A stretch of 64,000 bases of DNA from Candidatus Multivoradales bacterium (lineage in GTDB: Bacteria > Acidobacteriota > Thermoanaerobaculia > Multivoradales > Multivoraceae), in assembly GCA_965223325.1 (NCBI GenBank), contig CBDCWI010000002.1, positions 3,520,001-3,584,000 of the forward strand. The letters are read 5' to 3'. The notes under the pieces are model-generated. The model was not told the origin of the DNA. It searched no databases and saw nothing but the letters and a program-made list of their open reading frames with translations. How positions within the stretch are numbered: position 1 is the stretch's first letter; every line of letters begins with the position of its first letter. The translations under genes and the position numbers were made by a program. This document shows positions 29,744 to 40,717 of this stretch, in pieces.

Positions 29744-31174
29744 ATGGTCAGTGCCGCGAACCCCCCGTCGTCGCCGGAGACGCGCGACTGGTACAGCATC
29801 AGCTTCGATTCCCTGCGGGTCGTACTCGGGGCGTTGGTGCTGCTCGTTTGCCTCGGCCTGGTGGCTTGGGGGGGGATCTCATTCCAGGGCCACCGCCAGG
29901 AACAGCGTGCTGCCGAGCTGATCGCCAATGCGCGCAGCCTGGTGGGTCAGTTGCGCAACAACCAGGAGGTCGAGCGCCATCAGGAGTCGTTCGATCGCGG
30001 GGCGTCGCTGCTCGCCGAAGCGGAGGCCTCTCTCGAGAGCGGTGACTACAGTCGGGCGACCGATGTCGGCGAAGAGAGCTTCCAGTTGCTCTCCGACATT
30101 CTGGACCGGCTGGTCAATGACGGTGAAGGTGGAATCGCCTGGTTCGTCAACGTCGAGGGCGACGTTCAGTACCGCCGTGGCGAGTCAGGACGCTGGATTC
30201 GGGCAGTCGCGCGCGACTTCGTCTATGACGGCTACTACGTGCGGTCGGCTTCGAACGCCTCGGCGGAGCTCTACTTCCATTACGACGAGACTCGATTCAC
30301 CATCCGTCCGGGCACCTTCTTCAAGGTCTCCAGCCGCGAGGCCCTGGAACAAGGCAATCTCGGTTTCATGGAGTATGGCTACGTCGACCTCGACACCTCG
30401 CAGACCTCGAGTGGCGTGTCGACGCGCTACTCCGAGATCACCGTGGCGAGCAACACTCGCGCTTCGGTCGACGTCAACAAGAGCGGTGAGTCGCGCATTG
30501 TGGTCGAGACCGGCGAGGCGGCGGTTCGCTCGGGCGACGGTACGACCAGACGGGTTGGCGAACGCCAACAGCTGGAAGGCCGCGGCTCGAGTCTTGGCGA
30601 CGTCAAGACGCTGCCCGGCGCGCCAGCTCTGGCGGCGCCACCGGACAACTTCAATATCGATATCGACGTGACGCGGCGGGTGACCCTGGAGTGGCAGCCG
30701 GCCCCCGATGCGGTGACCTATGCCTTGCAGGTCTCTCGCAGCCGGCTCTTCGGCGAGTCGGTGATTGACGCTCAGAATCGTCCGGAGACCACCGCCACCC
30801 TCGGGCTGCGTGCGATAGGCAGTTACGTCTGGAGGGTTGCGGCGATCGACGCAAAAGGGGCGCGAGGCCCGTGGAGCGAACCGCGCAAGTTCCGCGTCGA
30901 GTCGTTTCGCGGCCTGGCACTCGATCGCGACGACACGCCGCCGCCGCTCGACGTCAACGTGCTGATGAACGGTCGCATCGCCATCCTGCGCGGCGAGACT
31001 GAACCCGGGGCACGCGTCGAACTCGACGGACGACCGGTGCGCGTTGGCGCGGACGGCAGCATTCAGACCTCCGAGACCCTTGCCGGTTCCGGCCGCACCA
31101 TCATCCGCCTCCGGGCCATCGACCAGGCGGGGAACGCGCAAGAGGTCAAGAAGATCGTATTCCTGCCCGAGTAG
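29744..31174 (+). CDS. Membrane-anchored protein with FecR-like domain and FN3/Ig-like C-terminal domains
   Basis: One TM helix, a helical linker, VEGDVQYRR..W..DGYYVRSASNASAEL (FecR-like), LEWQP..Y..YVWRVAA (FN3), GETEPGARV. Confidence 0.75.
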   Translation: MVSAANPPSSPETRDWYSISFDSLRVVLGALVLLVCLGLVAWGGISFQGHRQEQRAAELIANARSLVGQLRNNQEVERHQESFDRGASLLAEAEASLESGDYSRATDVGEESFQLLSDILDRLVNDGEGGIAWFVNVEGDVQYRRGESGRWIRAVARDFVYDGYYVRSASNASAELYFHYDETRFTIRPGTFFKVSSREALEQGNLGFMEYGYVDLDTSQTSSGVSTRYSEITVASNTRASVDVNKSGESRIVVETGEAAVRSGDGTTRRVGERQQLEGRGSSLGDVKTLPGAPALAAPPDNFNIDIDVTRRVTLEWQPAPDAVTYALQVSRSRLFGESVIDAQNRPETTATLGLRAIGSYVWRVAAIDAKGARGPWSEPRKFRVESFRGLALDRDDTPPPLDVNVLMNGRIAILRGETEPGARVELDGRPVRVGADGSIQTSETLAGSGRTIIRLRAIDQAGNAQEVKKIVFLPE

Positions 31175-31275
31175 GCCCCGAGAAGGGCCCTTTCTCCGCA
31201 ACGGTGCCGACCGGCCTTCCGGTGCCGCCACTGCAAGACCGCATCAAGTTCGGCGGAAAACGCCTATTTTTCTGA

Positions 31276-32382
<1,107 letters not shown>

Positions 32383-32383
32383 A

Positions 32384-32469
32384 TAGTGATCTGTCGAGGA
32401 GTGACAACACAGAGGTCGCGTGCGAGGGCCGCTCAGACGCTAGGCGCCTTCGCTGGTACGGAGTACCAG
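32384..32469. repeat. About 85-bp repeat unit, homologous to the right arm of the element at 43667-43832
   Basis: GTGATCTGTCGAGGAGTGACAACACAGAG is identical at 32386-32414 and 43750-43778; similarity continues to GGTACGGRGTACYAG. Confidence 0.85.
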
Positions 32470-32554
32470 GGAGGCAACTGGCCCACCCGGCCGCCGTCCG
32501 TTTCGAGATACAGGACGTGTTGAAACCACCCCCAGAACCGTTCTCTAGCACTCC

Positions 32555-33400
32555 GTGGGCGCCGTGACGGAACGCCGCAGCGCCCTCTTGCTCGCCGTCG
32601 TGTTGCTGATGCATCTGGTCGCGCTCAGTGCGCAGACCACGAGCCCGACTGGTGAGACTGGCCTCGAGCGCGCCGGCCTGCTGGCCGTTCGCCCGTTGCT
32701 GTGGAGTCTCGACGAGGCTTTCGATGCCGGCGCTCGTCTGCGCCGTTCGCTTTACCGCCGAACCCGCCTGCAGCGCGAAAACCAGGAGCTGCGCGCCGAG
32801 AACCACGCGCTCGCTCTCGACCTGGCGCGTTTGCGGGGTGTGGAGCAGGAACTCGATCGCATGGCGGCGGCGACCGGCTTTGCGCCGCCGCGTAACGTGC
32901 GGGCGGTGCCCGCCGACGTCACCTTCATCGACCACCGGTCGTTCCTTCGTACGCTCATTCTGCGCGTTGCCGACGAGGACGCCGAGCTCTTGCGCGCCGA
33001 CCTTCCGGTGTCGTCAGCCGAGGGACTGGTTGGCCGCATTGTCTCGACCAGCGGTCCATGGGCGCGAGTGCAGCTGATTACCGATCGCGCCTCGAGCGTC
33101 GGTGCGATGGTCGAGCGCACGCGGCGTCAGGGGATTGTGCAGGGAGGTGGCGAGAGCGGAGGCCTGGTGTTCGACTATCTGCCGCTGCAGGCCGACGTAC
33201 GCGTCGGCGATCGCCTGGTGAGCGCCGGTATCGACGGGGTCTACCCGCGCGGTTCGCTGGTCGGTGAAGTGACGACGGCCGAGCGCGGCGACGATCTCTT
33301 CTGGGAGATTGGGGTCATCCCGGCGGTCGATTTCGGAGCTCTCGACCAGGTGTTCGTTCTGATCACCGCGCCGCTGCCCGATGAGCTCGAGGCCGACTGA
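32555..33400 (+). CDS. mreC: Rod shape-determining protein MreC
   Basis: TM helix, coiled coil LQRENQELRAEN, GLVGRI, GDRLVSAGIDGVYPRG. Confidence 0.93.
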   Translation: MGAVTERRSALLLAVVLLMHLVALSAQTTSPTGETGLERAGLLAVRPLLWSLDEAFDAGARLRRSLYRRTRLQRENQELRAENHALALDLARLRGVEQELDRMAAATGFAPPRNVRAVPADVTFIDHRSFLRTLILRVADEDAELLRADLPVSSAEGLVGRIVSTSGPWARVQLITDRASSVGAMVERTRRQGIVQGGGESGGLVFDYLPLQADVRVGDRLVSAGIDGVYPRGSLVGEVTTAERGDDLFWEIGVIPAVDFGALDQVFVLITAPLPDELEAD

Positions 33401-33921
33401 TGGCAAGAGCGACGGTTCAGTTCCTCGCGCAGCTGCTCGCGGTAGCCGCCATCCACGTCGTCGTGGTGCAACTGCTGCCTTCCTGGCCGCGCTACGTCGA
33501 CCTCTTTGTGGTCCTGGCGATTTTCGTAGCGCTGCGCGGGAACACCGTCGCGGCGCTTTTGGCGGGTACGGTCGTGGGCGTCGCGCAGGATGCGCTGATC
33601 GGCGGGCGCTTTGGCCTCCATGGTTTCGCCACTACGCTGACTGCCTACGCCGTCGCGCGCCTGAGCCAACAGCTTGCCGTGCAACAGCGCGCGGTTGTCT
33701 TTCTCATCTATCTACTGGCAACGCTACTCCATCAGGGCATTCTGGCGCTCCTCCTCCTGTGGCTCTTTGCGGACTCGCACTTGCCCACCCCCTGGCAGTT
33801 GATGATCAAATCAGTGGTCGCCGCGGTTCTCGGACTGGTTGCGCTTACCGCCGCGGGTCGGCTCGGCCGGCGGAGGGAAGTGCGCAGCCAGCAACGGCGC
33901 TCGAAACCGCGTCTCGGCTGA
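33400..33921 (+). CDS. mreD: Rod shape-determining protein MreD
   Basis: Hydrophobic, GVAQDAL..GLHG motif; located between mreC and mrdA. Confidence 0.88.
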   Translation: MARATVQFLAQLLAVAAIHVVVVQLLPSWPRYVDLFVVLAIFVALRGNTVAALLAGTVVGVAQDALIGGRFGLHGFATTLTAYAVARLSQQLAVQQRAVVFLIYLLATLLHQGILALLLLWLFADSHLPTPWQLMIKSVVAAVLGLVALTAAGRLGRRREVRSQQRRSKPRLG

Positions 33922-33954
33922 GATGGTTCGTCATGAAACTCGAAACGCATCGTC

Positions 33955-35760
33955 ATGAGTGAGCACAACACCCCGAACCGCCAGGGTGAACACCTCGAAA
34001 CGCTCGCCAGTCGACTGCGCCGGGTAGCTACCGCCGGGCTCACCGCCTTCATTGTCGTTGGGGCCAGCTACTGGTACTACCAGGTCATCGAGGGCCCGCA
34101 CTTTGGTGAGCTGGCTGAGAACAACCGTATTCGTCGCGGGCGGATCACGGCACCGCGTGGGCTGATCCACGATCGTCACGGGCGACTGCTGGTCGAGAAC
34201 GTGCCGAGCTACGACCTTCTTCTCGATCGCAGCCTCAGCGCTGACCTCGAAGCCAGTGTCGACCTCGCCGTGGACATTCTCGAGCGCCCACGCGAGGAGT
34301 TTGAAACCGCCGTCGAGCGCTCCCAGAGCTTGCCGAAGTTCCGCCCGATCACCGTGGCTCAAGACCTCACCTTGAGCGAGGTGGCGCGCTTCGAAGCAGC
34401 ATCGATTCGCCATCCGGAGTTTTCCATCGAGGTCCAGAAGCGGCGGCTCTACCGCCACGGTCCCCAGACCGCGCACCTGCTCGGCTACCTGGGAGAAGCC
34501 TCGCAGGACGAGATCCGGGAGCTGGATCGCAGCTCAGGCGACCTGGTCGGCAGGGAAGGAATCGAGCAGGCATGGGATGACCGCCTACGCGGCGACAACG
34601 GCGAGCGCGAAGTCGTTGTCGACAGCCGCGGCAAGGTGGTCGAAGAGTACCGGCGCGCCAGCGCTGTACCCGGCGAACCGCTCCGACTGACGATCGATCT
34701 CGACCTGCAAAAGGAGGCCGCGTTTCTTCTCGAAGGCCTGGTTGGAGCCGTCATCGCGCTCGACCCACGCGACGGCGCGGTGCGCGCGATGGTGTCGTCT
34801 CCGAGCTACGACCCGAACCAGTTCGTGCGCGGCCTCAAGGCCTCGGAATGGCGGGAGCTGGTCGAGTCCGATCACCACCCGCTGCAGAACCGCGGCATCC
34901 AGAACACCTATCCACCTGGTTCGGTGTTCAAGATCGTCATGGCGGTCGCAGCGCTCGAAGAGGGGTTCACCGACCCCGCGCGCACGATCTGGTGCAACGG
35001 TTCGACCAGGATCTACGAGCGTCGCCGTCGTTGCTGGAAGGCAGGCGGGCACGGGTGGGTCGACTTGCTAGGAGCGCTGCGCGAGTCCTGCGACGTCTAC
35101 TTCTACAAGGTTGGCAACGAGATGGGCATAGGACCGATCGGGACCTGGGCAAAGCACTTCGGCCTCGGTACCGAATCCGCCGTCGGTCTTCCGGGTGAAC
35201 GCGGCGGATTGGTACCTGACGAAACATACCGGGAGCGCCGCCGCACCCCCTGGTACGCCGGCGAGACGATTTCGGTCGCCATCGGTCAGGGCCCGATCCT
35301 GACCACGCCACTGCAGGTCGCCGCCATGGTTGCGATCGCCGCGAACGGTGGCTACCGGGTCAAGCCGTATCTCGTCGAAGGCCAGGCTGCGGCGCGCCAG
35401 AAGCTGGCCATTGCCCCAGAGAATTTGGCGCGGGTTCGAGATGGCCTGCGGGCGGTGGTCAACGACGAGGGGGGAACCGGTCGCGTCGCACGACTCGACG
35501 ACCATCTCGTAGCCGGCAAGACCGGGACAGCTCAAGTTGTCGAACAGAAGACCCGCACGGCCTCCGCTTCCCTCGACTGGCAGTACCGTGAACATGCGTG
35601 GTTTGCCGCCTTCGCCCCCTACGACGATCCCGAACTGGTGGTCGTCATCTTTGTTGAACATGGAGGCAGCGGCTCCGGCTCTGCCGCCCCCCTAGCTCGA
35701 GCTCTCTATGAGAAGTACTTCTCCCTCCAGCGCGTCTATCGGTCGCCTACAGCTGGATGA
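33955..35760 (+). CDS. mrdA: Penicillin-binding protein 2
   Basis: APRGLIHDR, YPPGSVFK (SxxK), SCD (SxD), GKTGTAQ, HAWF. Confidence 0.95.
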   Translation: MSEHNTPNRQGEHLETLASRLRRVATAGLTAFIVVGASYWYYQVIEGPHFGELAENNRIRRGRITAPRGLIHDRHGRLLVENVPSYDLLLDRSLSADLEASVDLAVDILERPREEFETAVERSQSLPKFRPITVAQDLTLSEVARFEAASIRHPEFSIEVQKRRLYRHGPQTAHLLGYLGEASQDEIRELDRSSGDLVGREGIEQAWDDRLRGDNGEREVVVDSRGKVVEEYRRASAVPGEPLRLTIDLDLQKEAAFLLEGLVGAVIALDPRDGAVRAMVSSPSYDPNQFVRGLKASEWRELVESDHHPLQNRGIQNTYPPGSVFKIVMAVAALEEGFTDPARTIWCNGSTRIYERRRRCWKAGGHGWVDLLGALRESCDVYFYKVGNEMGIGPIGTWAKHFGLGTESAVGLPGERGGLVPDETYRERRRTPWYAGETISVAIGQGPILTTPLQVAAMVAIAANGGYRVKPYLVEGQAAARQKLAIAPENLARVRDGLRAVVNDEGGTGRVARLDDHLVAGKTGTAQVVEQKTRTASASLDWQYREHAWFAAFAPYDDPELVVVIFVEHGGSGSGSAAPLARALYEKYFSLQRVYRSPTAG

Positions 35761-36850
35761 TCGAGCCTTGGGTTGGGGCGGAAGCCTCGCCTGGCCGATT
35801 CTCTTCTGCTCGGTGGTCCTGGCCCTCATCGGTGCCGCGACGATTCATAGTGCGAGCTCCGAGCTGGCTACCGACTATCTCCCTCGTCAGCTGGTGTGGA
35901 TCGGCGTGGGGCTCTTGGCGTTCGCGGCTGGTCTTCTGATCGACTATCGGTGGCTCATTCGCGTTGCGCCCTGGTTGTTCCTCGGCGGACTGCTGGCGGT
36001 TCTGCTGGTGACCTTGTTCGGACACGAGGCCGGTGGCGCGCGCAGCTGGGTCGGCCTCTTTGGGCTCGGCGGGCAGCCGTCTGACTTCATGAAGGTTGCG
36101 ACGGCTCTCTTGCTGGCGCGCTACCTGGCGAGCATCAAGCAGCCGCTACTGTCGGTGCGCGAGATTGGCTGGGCATTCGTCATCGTACTGTTTCCAATTG
36201 CCCTGGTGGCGTTCCAGCCCGACCTCGGTGGTGCCGTCATGTTCCTGCCGATTCTCGCTGGCATGTTGCTGGTCGCCGGCGTTCGGTTTCGGCTCATACT
36301 CCTCGCGCTCCTGATCGTCATTGTCGCCGCAGGAAGTCTCTGGACGTTCGGCATGCGCGACTACCAGAAGGACCGCATCCTCAGCTTCGTCCAGCCCGAG
36401 CGCGATCCGCTCGGGGCCGGTTATCAGCTGCGCCAGAGCAAGATCGCCGTCGGCTCGGGGCAGATCGTCGGCAAGGGCTTCATGCAGGGCACCCAGAGTC
36501 AACTTCGCTTCCTGCCCGCGCGTCACACCGACTTCATCTTCGCCGTGCTTGCCGAGGAGCGTGGGTTCGTCGGAGTCCTCGTTGTCCTGCTGCTCTACGC
36601 GACGTACTTCAGGAACGGTGTTCTAGCGGCACTGAGGGCGCGTGATCGAGGTGGACTCCTTCTGGTCACCGGCCTGCTGGCGGTGATTGCTGCCTATGTT
36701 CTCTACAATACGGCGATGATGATCGGCCTCCTGCCGGTCACCGGCATCCCTCTGCCCTTCCTCAGCTATGGCGGTTCGTTTACGTTGTTCTGTTTCTTTT
36801 CAAGTGGCCTGATCGCCGGCGTCGACCGCCGCCGCTACGTCAATCGCTAG
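35708..36850 (+). CDS. rodA: SEDS glycosyltransferase RodA (start uncertain)
   Basis: GARSW, QPSDFMK, QPDLG, GYQLRQSKIAVGSG, HTDFIF, TGIPLPFLSYGGS. Confidence 0.95.
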   Translation: MRSTSPSSASIGRLQLDDRALGWGGSLAWPILFCSVVLALIGAATIHSASSELATDYLPRQLVWIGVGLLAFAAGLLIDYRWLIRVAPWLFLGGLLAVLLVTLFGHEAGGARSWVGLFGLGGQPSDFMKVATALLLARYLASIKQPLLSVREIGWAFVIVLFPIALVAFQPDLGGAVMFLPILAGMLLVAGVRFRLILLALLIVIVAAGSLWTFGMRDYQKDRILSFVQPERDPLGAGYQLRQSKIAVGSGQIVGKGFMQGTQSQLRFLPARHTDFIFAVLAEERGFVGVLVVLLLYATYFRNGVLAALRARDRGGLLLVTGLLAVIAAYVLYNTAMMIGLLPVTGIPLPFLSYGGSFTLFCFFSSGLIAGVDRRRYVNR

Positions 36851-36853
36851 CGC

Positions 36854-38371
36854 ATGAGCGTCACCAGAAAAATGCTCGTCGAGAGCGACCCGCATCAAAC
36901 CCGGGTCGCAGTACTCGAGAACGATGCGCTCACCGAGATCTACGTCGAGCGCAAACACGATCTCGGTGTCGTCGGGAACATCTACAAGGGGCGCGTCAAT
37001 CGCGTGCTGCCGGGAATGCAGGCGGCCTTCGTCGACATCGGTCTCGAGCGCGACGCCTTTCTCTACGTTTCCGATGTTGGCGGACAAGCCGAGACCGACG
37101 ACACGGTTCGCATCTCGCTCGCCGAGCTCAACCTCGAGCGTGACGAAGGTAGCAAGACTCCGAGCGGCGAAGTGTCAATCGCCGATCTTCTGCGTGAAGG
37201 CCAGGAGGTGCTCGTTCAGGTGACCAAAGACGCCTTGCCCAACAAGGGCGCACGCGTCACAACACATTTGACCTTGCCAAGCCGGCACCTGGTGCTGCTG
37301 CCCTCGGTCACCCACCTTGGTATTTCGCGGCGCATCGAAGGTGAAGACGAGCGCCATCGCCTGCACACCATGTTGGATGCCTTGCGGCGGCCTGGCGAAG
37401 GGCTGATCGTGCGCACGGTGGCCGAGGGTCAGGGCGAGGAGGAACTCGGGCGCGATCTCACCTACCTTCATCGGCTCTGGGAGCGGGTTCATGAGAGCGC
37501 CGCGAAGGTAGGCCCACCGACGCTCATTCATCGCGAGCTGGATATCGCCCTGCGGGTCGTCCGCGACGAGTTCAACTCGGACTTCAGCGTTTTGTGGGTC
37601 GACGGCGAAGACGCGTATGAGCGCATCGTGGACTTCCTTGACCTGGTCCAGCCGTCGCTGGTCGGCCGGGTCAAGCTCGACCATCAGGAGTCGGGCCTGT
37701 TCGACCGCTTCGGAGTCGAGTCCGAGATCGAAAGTGCACTACAAAGCAAGGTGTGGCTCAAGTCGGGCGGACACCTATTCATCGATCAAACCGAAGCGCT
37801 GGTTTCGATTGACGTGAATACCGGGCGTTTCGTTGGCAAGCGCGACCTCGAAGATACCGTCCTGCGTACCAACCTCGAAGCCGTAGGCGAGATCGTTCGC
37901 CAGATTCGCCTGCGCGACCTTTCCGGTATTCTGATCATCGACTTCATCGACATGACCGAGGTCCAGCATCGCGAAGAAGTTCACCGCGCCCTCGAGCAAG
38001 AGCTGACACGCGACCGCGCCAAGAGCAAGCTCAGCAGCATTTCGGAGTTCGGGCTGGTCCAGGTGACGCGAAAGCGCAGTCACTCCAACCTCGAGCGCCT
38101 GATGACGCAGCCGTGCCCCTACTGTCGAGGGCGGGGGCGCATCAAGGCGCTCGGCACGATCTGCCTGGCGCTGCGGCGAGAGGTCCTCGAACGCGCCAGC
38201 CGCGGCCGGGTACGCGAAATCCTGGTGCGGGTGCACCCGCAGGTCGCCCAGGCTCTCCAGACCGAGGAGCGCGCCATTCTCGACGAGTTCGACCAGGCCT
38301 TTGCGTCGACGATTCTCCTGCAGTCAGATCCATCGCTCCACCACGAGAAGTTCAGCGTCACCGACGCCTAA
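36854..38371 (+). CDS. rng: Ribonuclease G (Rne/Rng family)
   Basis: GNIYKGRV..VLPGMQAAFVDIG, IDVNTG, IRLRDLSGILIIDFIDM, CPYCRG. Confidence 0.93.
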   Translation: MSVTRKMLVESDPHQTRVAVLENDALTEIYVERKHDLGVVGNIYKGRVNRVLPGMQAAFVDIGLERDAFLYVSDVGGQAETDDTVRISLAELNLERDEGSKTPSGEVSIADLLREGQEVLVQVTKDALPNKGARVTTHLTLPSRHLVLLPSVTHLGISRRIEGEDERHRLHTMLDALRRPGEGLIVRTVAEGQGEEELGRDLTYLHRLWERVHESAAKVGPPTLIHRELDIALRVVRDEFNSDFSVLWVDGEDAYERIVDFLDLVQPSLVGRVKLDHQESGLFDRFGVESEIESALQSKVWLKSGGHLFIDQTEALVSIDVNTGRFVGKRDLEDTVLRTNLEAVGEIVRQIRLRDLSGILIIDFIDMTEVQHREEVHRALEQELTRDRAKSKLSSISEFGLVQVTRKRSHSNLERLMTQPCPYCRGRGRIKALGTICLALRREVLERASRGRVREILVRVHPQVAQALQTEERAILDEFDQAFASTILLQSDPSLHHEKFSVTDA

Positions 38372-38437
38372 AGGAGTTCTGGAAGGAGCGGCGGCCCGGG
38401 CGTGGGCACCGATGCCTTCTAGCACCGGGCAACCAGC

Positions 38438-40705
38438 ATGCAACTCAACCTCGACCAGCCGCCGGTTCAAGTCGAGGTCGCGGAGTCGCTCGCTGCCCTG
38501 GCCGCCGAGGAACACCTGAAGGCTCACCTGCCGGTGGTTCTCGACCCCGAGTCGACTTCTGAAACCCTTCATTGGGGGCGCAACTGGCTCTACGCCGCCG
38601 AGCTCGAGGTCGAGGGCAGCGAACCGATTCCGGTGGTCAGCAAGCTCTTTCGGCACCAGACCCTCAAGTCTCGCTTGAGGCGCCGCATGCGAGGCAGCAA
38701 GGCGGCGCGCTCCTACCGGGCTGCCGCTGCGGTCGAGGCGGCGGGCGTTCGAACGCCGGAGCCGTTGCTCTATGCCGACTCGTTCGAACTCGAGGGGCCG
38801 TCGTGGTTCGTTTGCCGGCGCCTCGAAGAGGCGCTCGAGGTGCGCTACGTCTTGCGGGCCCTGAACGCCGGTACCGCCGCCTTTGACTTTCCGAGCGTCA
38901 GCACCCCCGCCTTGTTGAAGGCGATGGGTGCCCTCGCCGCCCGTCTGCACGAACATCAGATCTGGCACCGCGATCTCACCAGCGGCAATGTTCTGATCTG
39001 GCCCCCTCCTCCGGCCGAGGGCCCGGTGGTTGACGACTTCAGTGGCCGTCTCTTTCTTTTGGATCTCAATCGCGCGCGCCTCGAACGACCGGTGTCGCGC
39101 AACGAGCGCATGCGCGAGCTGGCACGCATGCCGGTCCACAACGAGGCCGACCAGGAGATTTTCCTGGCGGGCTACTACGGCGAACGGGAGGTGCCGGCAC
39201 TGGATCGTTTCCTCTACCGGTGCCATCACCAGGGCTTCCTGCTGAAGAACCGTTCGAAGAAGAGTGTGCGTGGCTTCTTCCGGCGCCTGGCCGACATGCT
39301 CCTACCGCGGCGCAAGCCGCACGTGCACATCCCGCCTTCGGAGGAGGGCACCGCAGTGCGCGATCGCATCGTCTGGGATCGGCTCTCAGACCAGCCTCAT
39401 CAGCACGCCTCGAAGCTCGACAAGCTGCGCGTTCGCGCCCGGGACGCGCCGGGTCACCTACACATGCTTGGCCTGGCGGCCGGGCTGCTGGCACGCAGCA
39501 GGTCGCGCGCCAGGGAGCTGACCAAAGCCGCCTTTCAAGTGCCGATCGAGTTCCCTCTGCCAGGGATCGCGCTACGGCCGTGGCCGAAGGCACCCGAGGC
39601 GTTGCTTGCCGAAGTCGAAGCGCTGGGAGTGCAAAGAGTCCTGCTGCGACTTCATGCCTGGGAACCCGAGGGGCGAGGCGACGAAGAAGCGTTGGCCAAA
39701 GCACTCAACGAGCGCGGGATCGAGGTCGACTTTGCCGTCCCCCAGAACCGCGACCTGGTGCGCGATCCCGCCGCCTGGAGAAGAGAACTCGAAGACATTG
39801 CCGAGCGCTTCCTTCCCCTCGGGCAGCACTTCCAGGTTGGTCAGGCCGTCAACCGGTCGAAATGGGGGGTCTGGCGCGCACGGGAGTTTGTCGACCTCTA
39901 CTCTGCGGCGCGCGAAGTGCTGCGCGCCTCGGCGGCTGCCAGCGAGCGGGAGGTCAGGGTTCTCGGCCCGGCGGTGATCGATTTCGAGCCCCACGCGACG
40001 GCCGGGTATCTAGGTCGTCGCGCCGAAGGGTTCGAGTTCGATGTGGTGTCACACCTGCTCTACGTCGACCGCCGCGGTGCGCCCGAGAATCGCCAGCTGG
40101 GTCAGGGCACGGTAGGTAAGCTGGCCTGGATGCGGGCCTTGGCCGAGAAGTCGCCGAACTGTTCCTCCGGCCGCAGCTGGGTGACCGAGGTCAACTGGCC
40201 GCTACAGGAGGGGCCGCACTCGCCGGCCGGCAAGGACGTTGCGGTCTCGGAAGAGCGCCAGGCCGACTACCTGGCGCGCTATTTCCTGATGGCGCTCGGC
40301 TCGGGTCTGGCGGAGCGGGTGTATTGGTGGCAACTGATCGCGCGCGGTTACGGCCTGATTGCGCCGGATCCCAAGGACCCCACCAATCTTCGTCGCCGGG
40401 CCTCGTTCGACGCCCTCGCGTGGCTGGCGCGCGAGATGTCAGGCCGCGTCGTCCTGGGGCGCCTTCGCACCACCGCCGACATCTGGTTGCTGCGATTTGC
40501 CCCGCGGGCATGCGAAGACGATCAGCGCGAGGTGCTGGTGGGATGGTCGGCGAGCGATGCGCCCCTCGATGTCAGCCTGCCCGAGGACTACAGGGGTGAG
40601 ATCGCTAGCGCCCGTGACATTTTCGGGCGCGGGGTCGATCGGCGAGGTCGCTCCGCCCGTCTACGTGCGACTCCGATGGTTTTCCGTGTCGAACGCTCGG
40701 AATAG
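38438..40705 (+). CDS. Fusion of a Kdo/WaaP/InaA-like sugar kinase and a clan GH-A-like TIM-barrel domain
   Basis: N-terminal SKAARS, TPEPL, HRDLTSGNVL, LLDLNR; C-terminal GPAVIDFE, SHLLYVD, WVTEVNW, QADYLARY, RVYWW. Confidence 0.75.
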   Translation: MQLNLDQPPVQVEVAESLAALAAEEHLKAHLPVVLDPESTSETLHWGRNWLYAAELEVEGSEPIPVVSKLFRHQTLKSRLRRRMRGSKAARSYRAAAAVEAAGVRTPEPLLYADSFELEGPSWFVCRRLEEALEVRYVLRALNAGTAAFDFPSVSTPALLKAMGALAARLHEHQIWHRDLTSGNVLIWPPPPAEGPVVDDFSGRLFLLDLNRARLERPVSRNERMRELARMPVHNEADQEIFLAGYYGEREVPALDRFLYRCHHQGFLLKNRSKKSVRGFFRRLADMLLPRRKPHVHIPPSEEGTAVRDRIVWDRLSDQPHQHASKLDKLRVRARDAPGHLHMLGLAAGLLARSRSRARELTKAAFQVPIEFPLPGIALRPWPKAPEALLAEVEALGVQRVLLRLHAWEPEGRGDEEALAKALNERGIEVDFAVPQNRDLVRDPAAWRRELEDIAERFLPLGQHFQVGQAVNRSKWGVWRAREFVDLYSAAREVLRASAAASEREVRVLGPAVIDFEPHATAGYLGRRAEGFEFDVVSHLLYVDRRGAPENRQLGQGTVGKLAWMRALAEKSPNCSSGRSWVTEVNWPLQEGPHSPAGKDVAVSEERQADYLARYFLMALGSGLAERVYWWQLIARGYGLIAPDPKDPTNLRRRASFDALAWLAREMSGRVVLGRLRTTADIWLLRFAPRACEDDQREVLVGWSASDAPLDVSLPEDYRGEIASARDIFGRGVDRRGRSARLRATPMVFRVERSE

Positions 40706-40717
40706 ACTGCAGGTGCG

